Positions 29,297-38,379 of a stretch of 58,074 nt of DNA are shown in pieces. The position numbers and the translations under genes were made by a program. How positions within the stretch are numbered: position 1 is the stretch's first letter; each line of letters opens with the position of its first letter. The notes under the pieces are model-generated. The model ran no database searches. It was not told where the DNA came from and was given only the letters and a program-made list of their open reading frames with translations. The DNA is taken from positions 1 to 58,074 of IMG/VR virus record IMGVR_UViG_3300027734_000080, one strand, 5' to 3'. This DNA comes from a virus. Lineage: Duplodnaviria > Caudoviricetes.

Positions 29297-29542
29297 ATGA
29301 CCCGCCTAGAAGCAGTTGCAGCAACTCTTGGATTGGAGTATGAGTCAAACCAACAATTTAAAAGCGAGTACCAGTACCAATCAACCCGCACAAAAAAACA
29401 GATTTTTACTGCGGGAGGTGACTACTTTTGTATGAACGTAACAAAGCCAACTGACGAAGTTGGCAATGATTGGGCACTACACCCCGACCAATTCTGGGCC
29501 GAGAAAGTTGGATCAAAATTATGGATTAGCAAGGAGATTTGA
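29297..29542 (+). CDS. Hypothetical protein
   Basis: AAGGAGG RBS. Confidence 0.65.
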   Translation: MTRLEAVAATLGLEYESNQQFKSEYQYQSTRTKKQIFTAGGDYFCMNVTKPTDEVGNDWALHPDQFWAEKVGSKLWISKEI

Positions 29543-29543
29543 G

Positions 29544-29693
29544 ATGAACTACAACGAATTAGTGGACAGGCAAGAGTTCCTAGAGATCAAGTACCACCTC
29601 ACCAAGCAAGAGGCTTATGAAGCTGCTTGTTATGACCGTGACCCCGAGACTTGGGAGGGTAGCCGCTGGGAAGAACCTAGGGAAAATACCTAG
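29544..29693 (+). CDS. Hypothetical protein
   Basis: AAGGAG RBS; MNYNELVDRQEF. Confidence 0.55.
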   Translation: MNYNELVDRQEFLEIKYHLTKQEAYEAACYDRDPETWEGSRWEEPRENT

Positions 29694-29770
29694 AAAAAAG
29701 TCTTGTAATCCTTTAACTTTGAGTTAAGATACAACCACTGCGATGTTGCAGGAACGATAGAAAGCAAAAC
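29677..29770 (+). promoter_or_regulatory. Repeated early promoter/operator cassette, copy 2
   Basis: CTAGG-N7-CCTAG; TTGTAA(29703)-16-TAAGAT; operator 29713-29727; CACTGCGATGTTGCAGG. Confidence 0.8.
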
Positions 29771-30598
29771 ATGACACACCCTTTTGAAAAAGCAGGACTT
29801 GGCAAAGCCCCCTTTTCATGCACACACGTCAGCGAGAACGTCTTCACATTGCCTGACGGCACCAGCAAAGCTGGCGGCTGCTGTGACTACTGCGGTAATG
29901 GAATTCGCTGGGAGTTCTGGATTAAGGGTTCTATCGCTGGCGCACGTCAGTTCAAGGTGGGTTGCGATTGCGTTGCTAAGACTGGCTGGAGCATCGAAGG
30001 CTTTGAGAAGGTTCGTTCCGAGCACACCCGCGCACGCCGCAAAGAGGGTGCTGAGAAGCGTGCAGAGAAGAAGCGCGAAGCCCGCAAGGCTTGGATTGAT
30101 GAACAGCACGCCGCCAGAGCCATTGAGCGTGCGGCGGCTACCGAGGCATGGCGCAAAGAAAACAGCGCCTTGGCGGCACGTCTAGACGCTTACACGGGCG
30201 AGAATGACTTCCTGCGTTCCATGATTGATCGTCTGGGCTACTGGGGCACCTTGTCCGAAAAGCAAACCGAAGCCACCGAGTCCTGCTTCGCTACCATTGA
30301 CCGCGTCGAGTCCGCACGCCTGACCAGCCAGCACCTTGGTAATGTAGGCGACAAGGTCACTCTGACCATCACAGTTGAGCGCGTGATTGTGCTCAAGTCC
30401 GAGTTCTACGACGACAACTACATCACTATTGCCCGCGATGAGCAGGGCAACGCTATCACCTACAAGGGCAAGACCGACATTGGCAACAAGGGAGACACCC
30501 GCACCATCAAGGCCAGCGTCAAAGAGCACACCGTGTACAACGGCGTGAAGCAGACCGTCATCCAACGACCCAAGGTGGTTGAGGTGGCATTGGGGTAA
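29771..30598 (+). CDS. Zn-finger plus OB-fold-like protein
   Basis: CDYC...GCDC; C-terminal GDKVTLTITV...IKASVKEH..YNGVKQT..QRPK. Confidence 0.6.
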   Translation: MTHPFEKAGLGKAPFSCTHVSENVFTLPDGTSKAGGCCDYCGNGIRWEFWIKGSIAGARQFKVGCDCVAKTGWSIEGFEKVRSEHTRARRKEGAEKRAEKKREARKAWIDEQHAARAIERAAATEAWRKENSALAARLDAYTGENDFLRSMIDRLGYWGTLSEKQTEATESCFATIDRVESARLTSQHLGNVGDKVTLTITVERVIVLKSEFYDDNYITIARDEQGNAITYKGKTDIGNKGDTRTIKASVKEHTVYNGVKQTVIQRPKVVEVALG

Positions 30599-30706
30599 GT
30601 ACCTATAAAAATATTTTGCAAACTCCTGCAAAAGTCCTTGTATTTCTTTAACTTTGAGTTAAACTCCCTATCACTGCGATGTTGCAGGTAACGAAGAAAG
30701 ACAGAT
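30591..30706 (+). promoter_or_regulatory. Repeated early promoter/operator cassette, copy 3
   Basis: TTGTAT(30638)-16-TAAACT; operator 30648-30662; CACTGCGATGTTGCAGGTAACGA. Confidence 0.8.
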
Positions 30707-31042
30707 ATGAACGCAATTACTTCCGCTGAATCCCTTGCCCTTAGCCTGGCAAATGACATTGACGCACTTTATGTGCTCGACCAACAAGCTAAAGCATTGG
30801 CTTTGCAAGTCAAGGCAATGAAAGATGCACTCGCCGACAAATATGGCGAATCCCCCAAAGATGCAAGCGGTAAAAGCATCCCCTTCAAAGGCGAGATGTA
30901 CGAAGTAGTTATTCAATTGATCCCTGTTAAAGGCACTGTTGACTACAAAAAGCTGTGCGCCGCTTACAAGATTACTAACGAACAACTTGACGAATTCCGC
31001 AATGCTGATCGCGCAGACATTCGCGTAACCCCACAGAAATAA
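30707..31042 (+). CDS. Hypothetical early protein
   Basis: Directly after cassette 3; TVDYKKL motif. Confidence 0.7.
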   Translation: MNAITSAESLALSLANDIDALYVLDQQAKALALQVKAMKDALADKYGESPKDASGKSIPFKGEMYEVVIQLIPVKGTVDYKKLCAAYKITNEQLDEFRNADRADIRVTPQK

Positions 31043-31048
31043 ACCCAC

Positions 31049-31068
31049 GGGGCTTCGGCCCCATCTTT
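31049..31068 (+). terminator. cUUCGg hairpin, weak terminator or processing site
   Basis: GGGGC-TTCG-GCCCC with only a short T tail. Confidence 0.55.
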
Positions 31069-31079
31069 AGGAAAACATC

Positions 31080-31274
31080 ATGGACAATAGAACCGAATAC
31101 AGAAGAGGTCTTGATGCTGGTTTGGAGCTGGCCCTCCAAATTATCAATAGCACCGCTGACGTGCAGTTTGAAGACATTTCAGAGGTAGCCTTGTACCTGC
31201 ACAACCCAATCCAATACGCCCATTTCAAGAAGGAGAAAGCATGTTTGCCTATTGTGACTACATCAGCCACCTAA
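31080..31274 (+). CDS. Hypothetical protein
   Basis: AGGA RBS. Confidence 0.55.
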   Translation: MDNRTEYRRGLDAGLELALQIINSTADVQFEDISEVALYLHNPIQYAHFKKEKACLPIVTTSAT

Positions 31275-31441
31275 CCAAGAAAGCCCTGCTGGAGCATGAC
31301 CAGGAGGGTCTTATCAAGCTGGTTGGCTCTATCAAGTTTGACGTGGACGCCGAAGGGCGCATGGTCAGCTCTAAGAAGACCATTGAGGTGACGGACATGC
31401 AAGGAAAAAATTACGTCATCACGGTTGAAGAAGTCAAATAA
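31241..31441 (+). CDS. Hypothetical protein
   Basis: AAGGAG RBS. Confidence 0.6.
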   Translation: MFAYCDYISHLTKKALLEHDQEGLIKLVGSIKFDVDAEGRMVSSKKTIEVTDMQGKNYVITVEEVK

Positions 31442-31473
31442 AGATGTTCTAATTGCTTAACTAGGAGTTAAAC

Positions 31474-31644
31474 ATGAACTGTTTTCTTTGCGATAAGCCT
31501 GTGGATCGTGATGAAGAGTCGGCCTTCTTGGGTCGGTACGCCCACAAGGAGTGCTTTCTAGAGAGCATGGCCAAACAGCGTGATGCCATCCTAGAAGTGC
31601 AACGGCTAGAGAAAGAACGTATTGGAGGGAAAGATGAAACCTAA
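31474..31644 (+). CDS. Small Zn-finger protein
   Basis: Not in the track; CFLC...HKEC; its RBS lies inside the operator TTAACTAGGAGTTAA (31457-31471). Confidence 0.6.
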   Translation: MNCFLCDKPVDRDEESAFLGRYAHKECFLESMAKQRDAILEVQRLEKERIGGKDET

Positions 31645-31813
31645 AGAGCAAGCGGTGATTGAGATGTGCATTGAGAACGGCATTACCTATGGCATGGCCC
31701 GCGCCTACAAGCATACTGATGAGCCGACAGACGATCAGATTAAGTTTGTTCTGCGGGATGCCATCATGCACGAGATCTATGAGTGGTTTGATTTTGAAGA
31801 GAGCATGGAATAA
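31634..31813 (+). CDS. Hypothetical protein
   Basis: GGAGG RBS; G..RAYKH motif. Confidence 0.6.
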   Translation: MKPKEQAVIEMCIENGITYGMARAYKHTDEPTDDQIKFVLRDAIMHEIYEWFDFEESME

Positions 31814-31895
31814 CTGACCCCATCGGGTCATTTGTTAACGATTTTGAGCAAATAAGCATGTTTTTGTGCTTATCGGGACACTTTTTGAGGGTTTT

Positions 31896-32006
31896 ATGAA
31901 GATACTTTTGACTTGTTATTTGATCATGATTTTGGCAGTGTTAGGCCCGCTCATCACTATCGGCACTATTTATCTGCTAGGCAGGTTAGCGCCATTTACC
32001 TTTTAA
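31896..32006 (+). CDS. 36-aa membrane peptide
   Basis: GAGG RBS, almost entirely hydrophobic. Confidence 0.45.
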   Translation: MKILLTCYLIMILAVLGPLITIGTIYLLGRLAPFTF

Positions 32007-32013
32007 GAGAGTT

Positions 32014-32550
32014 ATGAAAGTTTACATCAGCAAGTACAGAGACCACTGGGTCTCGCCGTACACGATCTTAGAGAAGATTTTCTTCTGGCGAGAGATTGAC
32101 TATGACGAGCCGAAGATAGACAAGTGGGCCGACAGGCTCCGTCCTTTGTGTGAGGGTGTGAAGAATCTCTTGAATCTAATCCACCCAAGGATTGTTTACG
32201 TCAAGATAGATAAGTTTGACGTATGGGACATGGACACCACCCTAGCCCACATAATTTTACCCATGCTCAAACAGCTAAATAAAGTAAAGCATGGCGCTCC
32301 GATTGTCTATGACGAAGACGTTCCTGAGGAGCTTAAGTCTACCTCTGCCCCGCCCAAAGAGTGCGTGTGGGATGTAGACACCAATCATTTCAAGCGTTGG
32401 GACTGGGTGATGAATGAAATGATTTGGTCTTTTGAATACAAGCTCAAGGACACCGATTGGGAAGAATATGCCTTGTGGTCGGCTAATGCAGTCAGAGCCA
32501 AGAACGGCTACAGACTATTTGGAAAATATTACGAAGCACTGTGGGACTAA
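32014..32550 (+). CDS. Conserved phage hypothetical protein
   Basis: DVWDMDTTLAHIILPML...RWDWVMNEMIW...LFGKYYEALWD. Confidence 0.7.
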   Translation: MKVYISKYRDHWVSPYTILEKIFFWREIDYDEPKIDKWADRLRPLCEGVKNLLNLIHPRIVYVKIDKFDVWDMDTTLAHIILPMLKQLNKVKHGAPIVYDEDVPEELKSTSAPPKECVWDVDTNHFKRWDWVMNEMIWSFEYKLKDTDWEEYALWSANAVRAKNGYRLFGKYYEALWD

Positions 32551-32551
32551 C

Positions 32552-32746
32552 ATGAAACTCAACGTAGAACTTAGCAACGACACGATAGATGACATCTTCA
32601 TCAACCGTCTAAGGGAAGACCTTGAATTATTGGAGACAGAGACTGTCCCAGTTTTCTCAAGCGAACCTGAGATTGAGAAGCAGCACATCGGCGCTTTGAA
32701 GGGTGCGTATAAGCAGATTCTTTCTTACTATGGGGAGATGGTGTGA
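32552..32746 (+). CDS. Hypothetical protein
   Basis: ATG 1 nt after the previous stop. Confidence 0.55.
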   Translation: MKLNVELSNDTIDDIFINRLREDLELLETETVPVFSSEPEIEKQHIGALKGAYKQILSYYGEMV

Positions 32747-32842
32747 GCGCGACAATATGCACAGTAACGTATACCAAACGCGACAAATCCCAACAACCCG
32801 CGCGTTAGCACATACCAAACACGACAAACTTAAGGAAAACGC

Positions 32843-33004
32843 ATGACTATTCAATCCGATTTAAAACAGAAGCTCAGAGAATCCGAATTAATTTTTGAGA
32901 AGAACTGGCGGCGGCACCAGAACCTACAAATCGTCAAGGGCTTGTTCGCCGTGGCTTGTTTTTTAGCGTTCATCTTGTTCGCTGGGTTCTATATACAAAA
33001 GTGA
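32843..33004 (+). CDS. Small protein with C-terminal TM segment
   Basis: Not in the track; AAGGA RBS; MTIQSDLKQK...FLAFILFAGFYIQK. Confidence 0.55.
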   Translation: MTIQSDLKQKLRESELIFEKNWRRHQNLQIVKGLFAVACFLAFILFAGFYIQK

Positions 33005-33030
33005 TTCGCTATTCGCAAATGGAGAATAAG

Positions 33031-33255
33031 ATGACACAAGATGAAATCATGGAGATAGCACAAAAATGCAAGTTGATAGGAAGTAACCCGCGCCTTTATG
33101 GCATTTATATGGACGCCCTGTTGTCTTTTGCCAAACTTGTAGCAGAAGCAGAGCGTGAGGCGTGTGCAAAGGTGGCTGACGTATATGCAGGTTGTTTGGA
33201 GCGCAACTATTCTGAAATCATTGCAGACATAATCCGAGCAAGAGGTGAAACATGA
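33031..33255 (+). CDS. Hypothetical protein (AEREACA family)
   Basis: GGAG RBS; AEREACAK...IRARG. Confidence 0.65.
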   Translation: MTQDEIMEIAQKCKLIGSNPRLYGIYMDALLSFAKLVAEAEREACAKVADVYAGCLERNYSEIIADIIRARGET

Positions 33256-33509
33256 CATGGAATGAATACAACCTACTATTCCACAAACAACAGCTAAACC
33301 TTGTTGCGTTTAAACGTTTAATGGATTGTGACAAAGAGGTTTTGCGGTTGGTTAACGGTGCAATCGAAGCCGAGCGCGAGGCCTGTGCTGAAATTTGCAA
33401 GAAACACGCTGATGTGTATGCGGGGCTTGAACAAAACCCAACGACAAAAGCTGCATGGGCGGCTTGTATTGACAATCTTGATGCTATCCAAGCAAGGGGG
33501 CAAGCATGA
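33252..33509 (+). CDS. Hypothetical protein (AEREACA family)
   Basis: AEREACAE...IQARG. Confidence 0.65.
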   Translation: MTWNEYNLLFHKQQLNLVAFKRLMDCDKEVLRLVNGAIEAEREACAEICKKHADVYAGLEQNPTTKAAWAACIDNLDAIQARGQA

Positions 33510-33883
33510 CTAAAGACGAAATCTGCGGGTTGCTTAGACAAATCCACGATGTCTTAGCTATGCAGTCAGAAACAAATCAAGTTAAGCCTATAGCTTGGCT
33601 TGAGCCTGAATGGGGTGAAGCGATATGTCCCGAAGTTGGGTATGAGATAAAGATGACCGATGATCATCCAAGGGATTTAGGCTGGATACCTCTTTATGCC
33701 CACCCGCCACATAAGATCGGGAATATTGGTTGTTTAGGTATGCCAGTAAATGTTCCAGTTACTCCACCCCAGCGCACATGGGTAGGGCTGACGGACGAGG
33801 ATGAACTTGATTGGGAAGAAGGTGGTAACTTAAAAGATTTAGTCAAATCCATAGAAACCAAGCTCAAGCAAAAAAACACATGA
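33506..33883 (+). CDS. Hypothetical protein (WVGLTDE family)
   Basis: PIAW...PLY...WVGLTDE...KLKQKN. Confidence 0.65.
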   Translation: MTKDEICGLLRQIHDVLAMQSETNQVKPIAWLEPEWGEAICPEVGYEIKMTDDHPRDLGWIPLYAHPPHKIGNIGCLGMPVNVPVTPPQRTWVGLTDEDELDWEEGGNLKDLVKSIETKLKQKNT

Positions 33884-34110
33884 CACCCGCAGAACTATTG
33901 CACACAGATGCCGCAAGGTATGCGACCAACCGAAAGAACGCTTACATTGAAAAAATGAAGCAAAAAGAGGTTGACCCTATGAGTGAAGATGACCTCAATG
34001 GAAGGTGGCTTGCTCATTACGAAGGTTATAGAGAGGGCTATTGGGTTGCCACTGGTGCCGCTAAGTTTTCAACCGATCCCGCCAAACTTAAGGAGAAGAA
34101 CAATGGATGA
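33880..34110 (+). CDS. Hypothetical protein
   Basis: ATGA coupled; ends AKLKEKNNG. Confidence 0.6.
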   Translation: MTPAELLHTDAARYATNRKNAYIEKMKQKEVDPMSEDDLNGRWLAHYEGYREGYWVATGAAKFSTDPAKLKEKNNG

Positions 34111-34228
34111 CGGCTATTACTGCGTGATATGCAGCAGGTTTTTGCCATCAGATGAGCATGGCGTGATTGTGCATGATGATGTGCCTCACTCTGATATGGA
34201 TTTTGCAGAAGAGGAGAAACCACAATGA
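34103..34228 (+). CDS. Small Zn-binding protein
   Basis: CVIC...HDDVPH. Confidence 0.5.
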   Translation: MDDGYYCVICSRFLPSDEHGVIVHDDVPHSDMDFAEEEKPQ

Positions 34229-34596
34229 AACCCATAGCGTGGATAAAGATACGAGAACTGTCGTATATGCAAGCCGTTGCAGACCACGGCAAAGACGATT
34301 GGCAAACCAATCTTGGTCTGAAGCCCGAGCCTGATGACGAAGGTTTATACACCGAGACTCAGGTGCAGAAGATGCGGGAGAGTTTTGAGCAGTCTGTCAC
34401 TGACCCCGAGAACCAACCGAGCCAGTATGGAACAGTGCCAATGAAGGAATGGGTTGGGCTGACTGATGAGGAAATTGAAGCCACATGGAAGGATTCATGC
34501 ACGCTTGACAACGGGGAGGGCGCAAACCTTAAAAATCAACCTTTTTATCATTTGGTAAAACTTGCAGAAGCCAAACTCAAGGAGAAGAACGCATGA
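34225..34596 (+). CDS. Hypothetical protein (WVGLTDE family)
   Basis: KPIAW...WVGLTDEEI...AKLKEKNA. Confidence 0.65.
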   Translation: MKPIAWIKIRELSYMQAVADHGKDDWQTNLGLKPEPDDEGLYTETQVQKMRESFEQSVTDPENQPSQYGTVPMKEWVGLTDEEIEATWKDSCTLDNGEGANLKNQPFYHLVKLAEAKLKEKNA

Positions 34597-36540
34597 GACT
34601 CATCAGTTTGAACTGGAGTGATATCAAGGGAGAGGGTAATGTTTCTTACTCAAATGCATTCAACGAAGCGCACATCGTTGTGCAGTTGGATATGTTGAAG
34701 GACTGTATTGCTGACTTGCAAGACAAGTACGACGCATTGTTGGCTCAACCCGAATCGGAAAAGAACAAATGAACATCACACTTAACTTAGAAAAGCCTGT
34801 AGAGCCGTCTTCAGACTTTCCCAAGCACTCAATCAAGGCATTCTGGATGGACGATGGCCGCATTGGGGTAGTGGCTGCTGTTCAGAGGCAGGATGGCGGC
34901 TTTCACTTAATTCAAGACATACTTGATCTACCAAAGGACAAAAATGTATGAGCGATAGATTTGATTTAGAACAAGCCATCTTGCGGGCGGACATGGAGGG
35001 TGATTTAAACCTGCTCTTTGACCGTGTATGCAATGGGCCAGAGCTGTCTCAGGATGACATGGCTAACGCCTTGTTGGGACTCATCACCCTCAACTCTCTG
35101 AGGCACGAGAAGCTGTGGAATATCTTTGAAGATATGTGCCATCAAAAGAAATTTAAGGACAAATATGAAAAAGTGGATTGATCCCCCCAGCGGCTGGAAG
35201 TACGGATTCCCCAGAGTCTTTGATACAGAAAAGGACGGGGACTTGTACGAATGGCTAGTAGCTAATGGTTACCCACAAGAAGAGATAGAAGATTTAGGCA
35301 AACACTTTTACGTGCGTCAATGGCTGACAGAGGAAGAAGAATTGAAGGACAAGTCATGTTCCAATGGTTAAAACAACATCAGCCTAGAGTCTATGAGGTA
35401 ATTCATTACTTTAGGTTAGTGTTTGCTCACATAGGTATGTTCAGCCTCTTTGTGGCGGTTTTGTTTATGCTGGGCTATTGCCAAGAGGTTCCATTATGAG
35501 CGGCTGGCTACTTGCTGTTACGGGTTTGATCTACACGATTGTGGCGATTGATCAGGGCTACAAAGGTAATACGGGCATGGCCATCGCATATGCTGGTTAT
35601 GCATTTAGCAACATTGGACTATGGAAAATGACATCATGAACGAAAAAACTAGCACAAGTCTTGCCGACTATGTTAAAATTGAACTTGAAGTTATAAAAGA
35701 GAATGAAGATGGCAGCGCCGATATCTTGTTAAAGAATATCGACTCTAAAGCCATCCAATATCTTTTAAATTATGCGTTTGTGAATATGCTGAAGAGTGCA
35801 ATAGCCGAAGGTAAGTTGTATACACCAGGAGTGACGTATGAAGCAGATAGTAGTGACGTATGACGACCAGTTTGAGTTCCGAGAGGCCCACTATGCTCAC
35901 GAGGCGTGGGGAGCCATCCGAGAGGCCTACCACGAGCTAAATTCGACCCAGCGTCGATTAGACAGTGAACGGATGGACGATGGACTCAACTACATCAAAG
36001 AGGTGCTGGAGGCCGCTCTATCAAGGATAGAAGAATGAACAGGTCAGATGTCATGATCGCCGCCATTGCAATATTCGTCATTGGATATTTGATTGGCGAG
36101 CAAATGGCCCACAAAGACGTGATGAACGTGATTTCAAAAATTTGTGAGGTGCAAGCATGACTGATGAGCAGATTCAATATTTGAGAAACAAATACGACTT
36201 TATTGCATGGGAAGAGAAGGGCGTCAACAGCCTTCTACTAGATGCATGTGATGTGATCAATCGTTTGTTAGATGAAATTGAAGTGTTACGTTCTGAAATT
36301 TACTTAAAGGAGTGAGTTATGACTGGAATGGCCCCCTGCATGGACGATTATTCGCCTGGCTTCGTTGCTCTCGGCTTCCCCTCAAAGGACGTAGAGTTTA
36401 TGCCCCTGCTACAAAGCAGCGAGCGTAAGGTCTTAGACAAGCAAGCCGCCCTGATTGCTGCTAACCATCTGATCAACTACAGCCTGACTGGCCAAGCAAT
36501 TGATCTAGAGATTGCCGAGCGGCATCTAGCTCTTATTTGA
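34593..36540 (+). other. Run of coupled small hypothetical ORFs: 34593-34772, 34769-34951, 34948-35181, 35165-35371, 35356-35499, 35496-35639, 35636-35863, 35838-36038, 36035-36160, 36157-36314, 36319-36540
   Basis: Consecutive overlapping ORFs with RBSs; several are membrane peptides. Confidence 0.6.
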
Positions 36541-37690
36541 GCATTCCGAGGTCACATCTGTGACGCTCGACCTCACCGTGGTCACGGTGGTGGATAATAG
36601 CCACCATGTCTCTCCCAGCACGGTAACCATGCCCCGCAGCATACGCATCCTTAGCTGCTAGGGTTCTGAAGCTTTCACAAACAACGCCAGGGTACTCTCT
36701 CACCGACTGATGGTGAACGTGTCCTGTATACCAGTACCGATGCTTGGTCTGTCCCCAGTCCTTAGCGCGGTCACAAGCCATCACCCCCAACAACTGGTCA
36801 TGCTTGCATGTATCGCCGTGTGTAGCCCCGATTAAGACGCTTCCAAAGCGATGGAACCAGAACTTTGAGGGAGACAGGTCTACAGTCACCCTAGGATTGT
36901 TGGAGAAATAGGCTTGGATGGTAAAGGCCAACGCCCAAATAGCCTGTGGATCGTGGTTACCCGCCACAAACCTGACAATGACCTCTTCATGCTTCTCTAA
37001 AGCTCGCAAGATAGAGTGTCTGTAGGCTTCTATACCTATGCCCAACACCTTCACAAAGCGGCTATCCACATCAAGCTGGTGCTTGTGGGCTGGGGTCATA
37101 TTAGACTGATCATTGGCGTGAAACACATCTCCAAGTGGTATAATCACGCATGTCTTTGTTTCAGGTGTACAGCTCATGAGCCTATCAACGGCACCAAGAG
37201 TCAAGTCACGAGCCAGCTCAGAATTGAAATCCTCTCCAGCCTCTTCAGCCCAAGCGTACATCCCAAAGTGTGGATCGCCAATCGGGATAACAGTTAAAGT
37301 ATCATCACGCGAATACTTAGGCGCTTTAAGTATGGGAGACAGTCCTTTAATTTCTTGTGAAAGCTGCTCAATAACCAACTTGGTTAATTCTTCTCTCTTC
37401 TCCGCGTCTACTGTAGACTTTACCCACTGACCTTTAGGCTTGCCATCTTGATCGTAGTACGTAGAGACACCCTTAACCGTGTAGCCCTCGGGGACAACAT
37501 GAGTCATGTCATGATCAGGGGAGTGGCCTCTGAAAGAAGCTTTCTTTTTAACTGAATTTAAAGCCTCATTGATTGTGTTCTTGCTAACCCCCAAATGTCT
37601 AGCTGCTGACCTAACGCTTCCATGTTTCTCTACAGCCTCCAAGTATTCCAATTGACGCACGGTGCAAAATTCGTATAGCGATGAATACAT
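36533..37690 (-). CDS. HTH plus calcineurin-like metallophosphoesterase
   Basis: GSVRSAARHLGVSKNTI; GDPH, GDVFH, GNHD, HGD, GHVHH. Confidence 0.85.
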   Translation of the reverse strand: MYSSLYEFCTVRQLEYLEAVEKHGSVRSAARHLGVSKNTINEALNSVKKKASFRGHSPDHDMTHVVPEGYTVKGVSTYYDQDGKPKGQWVKSTVDAEKREELTKLVIEQLSQEIKGLSPILKAPKYSRDDTLTVIPIGDPHFGMYAWAEEAGEDFNSELARDLTLGAVDRLMSCTPETKTCVIIPLGDVFHANDQSNMTPAHKHQLDVDSRFVKVLGIGIEAYRHSILRALEKHEEVIVRFVAGNHDPQAIWALAFTIQAYFSNNPRVTVDLSPSKFWFHRFGSVLIGATHGDTCKHDQLLGVMACDRAKDWGQTKHRYWYTGHVHHQSVREYPGVVCESFRTLAAKDAYAAGHGYRAGRDMVAIIHHRDHGEVERHRCDLGMLK

Positions 37691-38121
37691 CAGGAACCTT
37701 TCAGTTTATAGGTACGAACAGGTGCGCGAGAGCCAGCATCATGCTTGCACACAAGCCTCACAGCTTTAACAGGATTGACCCAACCAAGGGCCTCATAAGT
37801 ACAGATAGCAGCTTTGCCTCCGGTGCCGATAGCCTCAATGCCGCGGGAAATGGGCATAGGAATCAAGGACTTAGAGTAGTATACCAACGTGCCAGCGCCC
37901 ATCACAAGCGCCTCGGAGTTAGAGAACTTAGGTGTTTTCCCCTTCTTGCCAATCTTCCACCACGACAAGAATTGAATAGACTCATCTACATCACCCGCAA
38001 AACCAAGGAGAAAACCCTTATGACGGTAGACCTTCTGACCAAACCAAATTCTGTCGCCATCAGTAATGGAGGAATCAGCCACCATAAGACCTAGCTTTAA
38101 ATCGGCAATGATTGTTGTCAT
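37690..38121 (-). CDS. Ntn-hydrolase (HslV / proteasome-beta-like) peptidase
   Basis: MTTII...MVADS...K...GFAG...AIGTG...A..LV..HD. Confidence 0.75.
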   Translation of the reverse strand: MTTIIADLKLGLMVADSSITDGDRIWFGQKVYRHKGFLLGFAGDVDESIQFLSWWKIGKKGKTPKFSNSEALVMGAGTLVYYSKSLIPMPISRGIEAIGTGGKAAICTYEALGWVNPVKAVRLVCKHDAGSRAPVRTYKLKGS

Positions 38122-38164
38122 AGTGTCCCCAAAGTTAACCACATTTTAAGACGAGAAAGTTACA

Positions 38165-38350
38165 ATGAGCGCATTTGATTGGAAAGGCCCAAGCCAAATC
38201 ACCCCAGAACTCAAGAAATCAGCCATTACTTCACAGAGGTCTAGCAAGGCTCTAGACGAATCAAGGAGTAAGGGTAGCTGGGCCAACACAAAGTGGAAGT
38301 TGTCCAACAGAGGCGAGAAAAGACTACACACCAAACGCAACATGGGTTAA
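38165..38350 (+). CDS. Small basic hypothetical protein
   Basis: SAFDWKGPS start; first gene of the rightward operon. Confidence 0.5.
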   Translation: MSAFDWKGPSQITPELKKSAITSQRSSKALDESRSKGSWANTKWKLSNRGEKRLHTKRNMG

Positions 38351-38379
38351 AATCAGCGCAAAGGAGTCATTGAGAGCAT

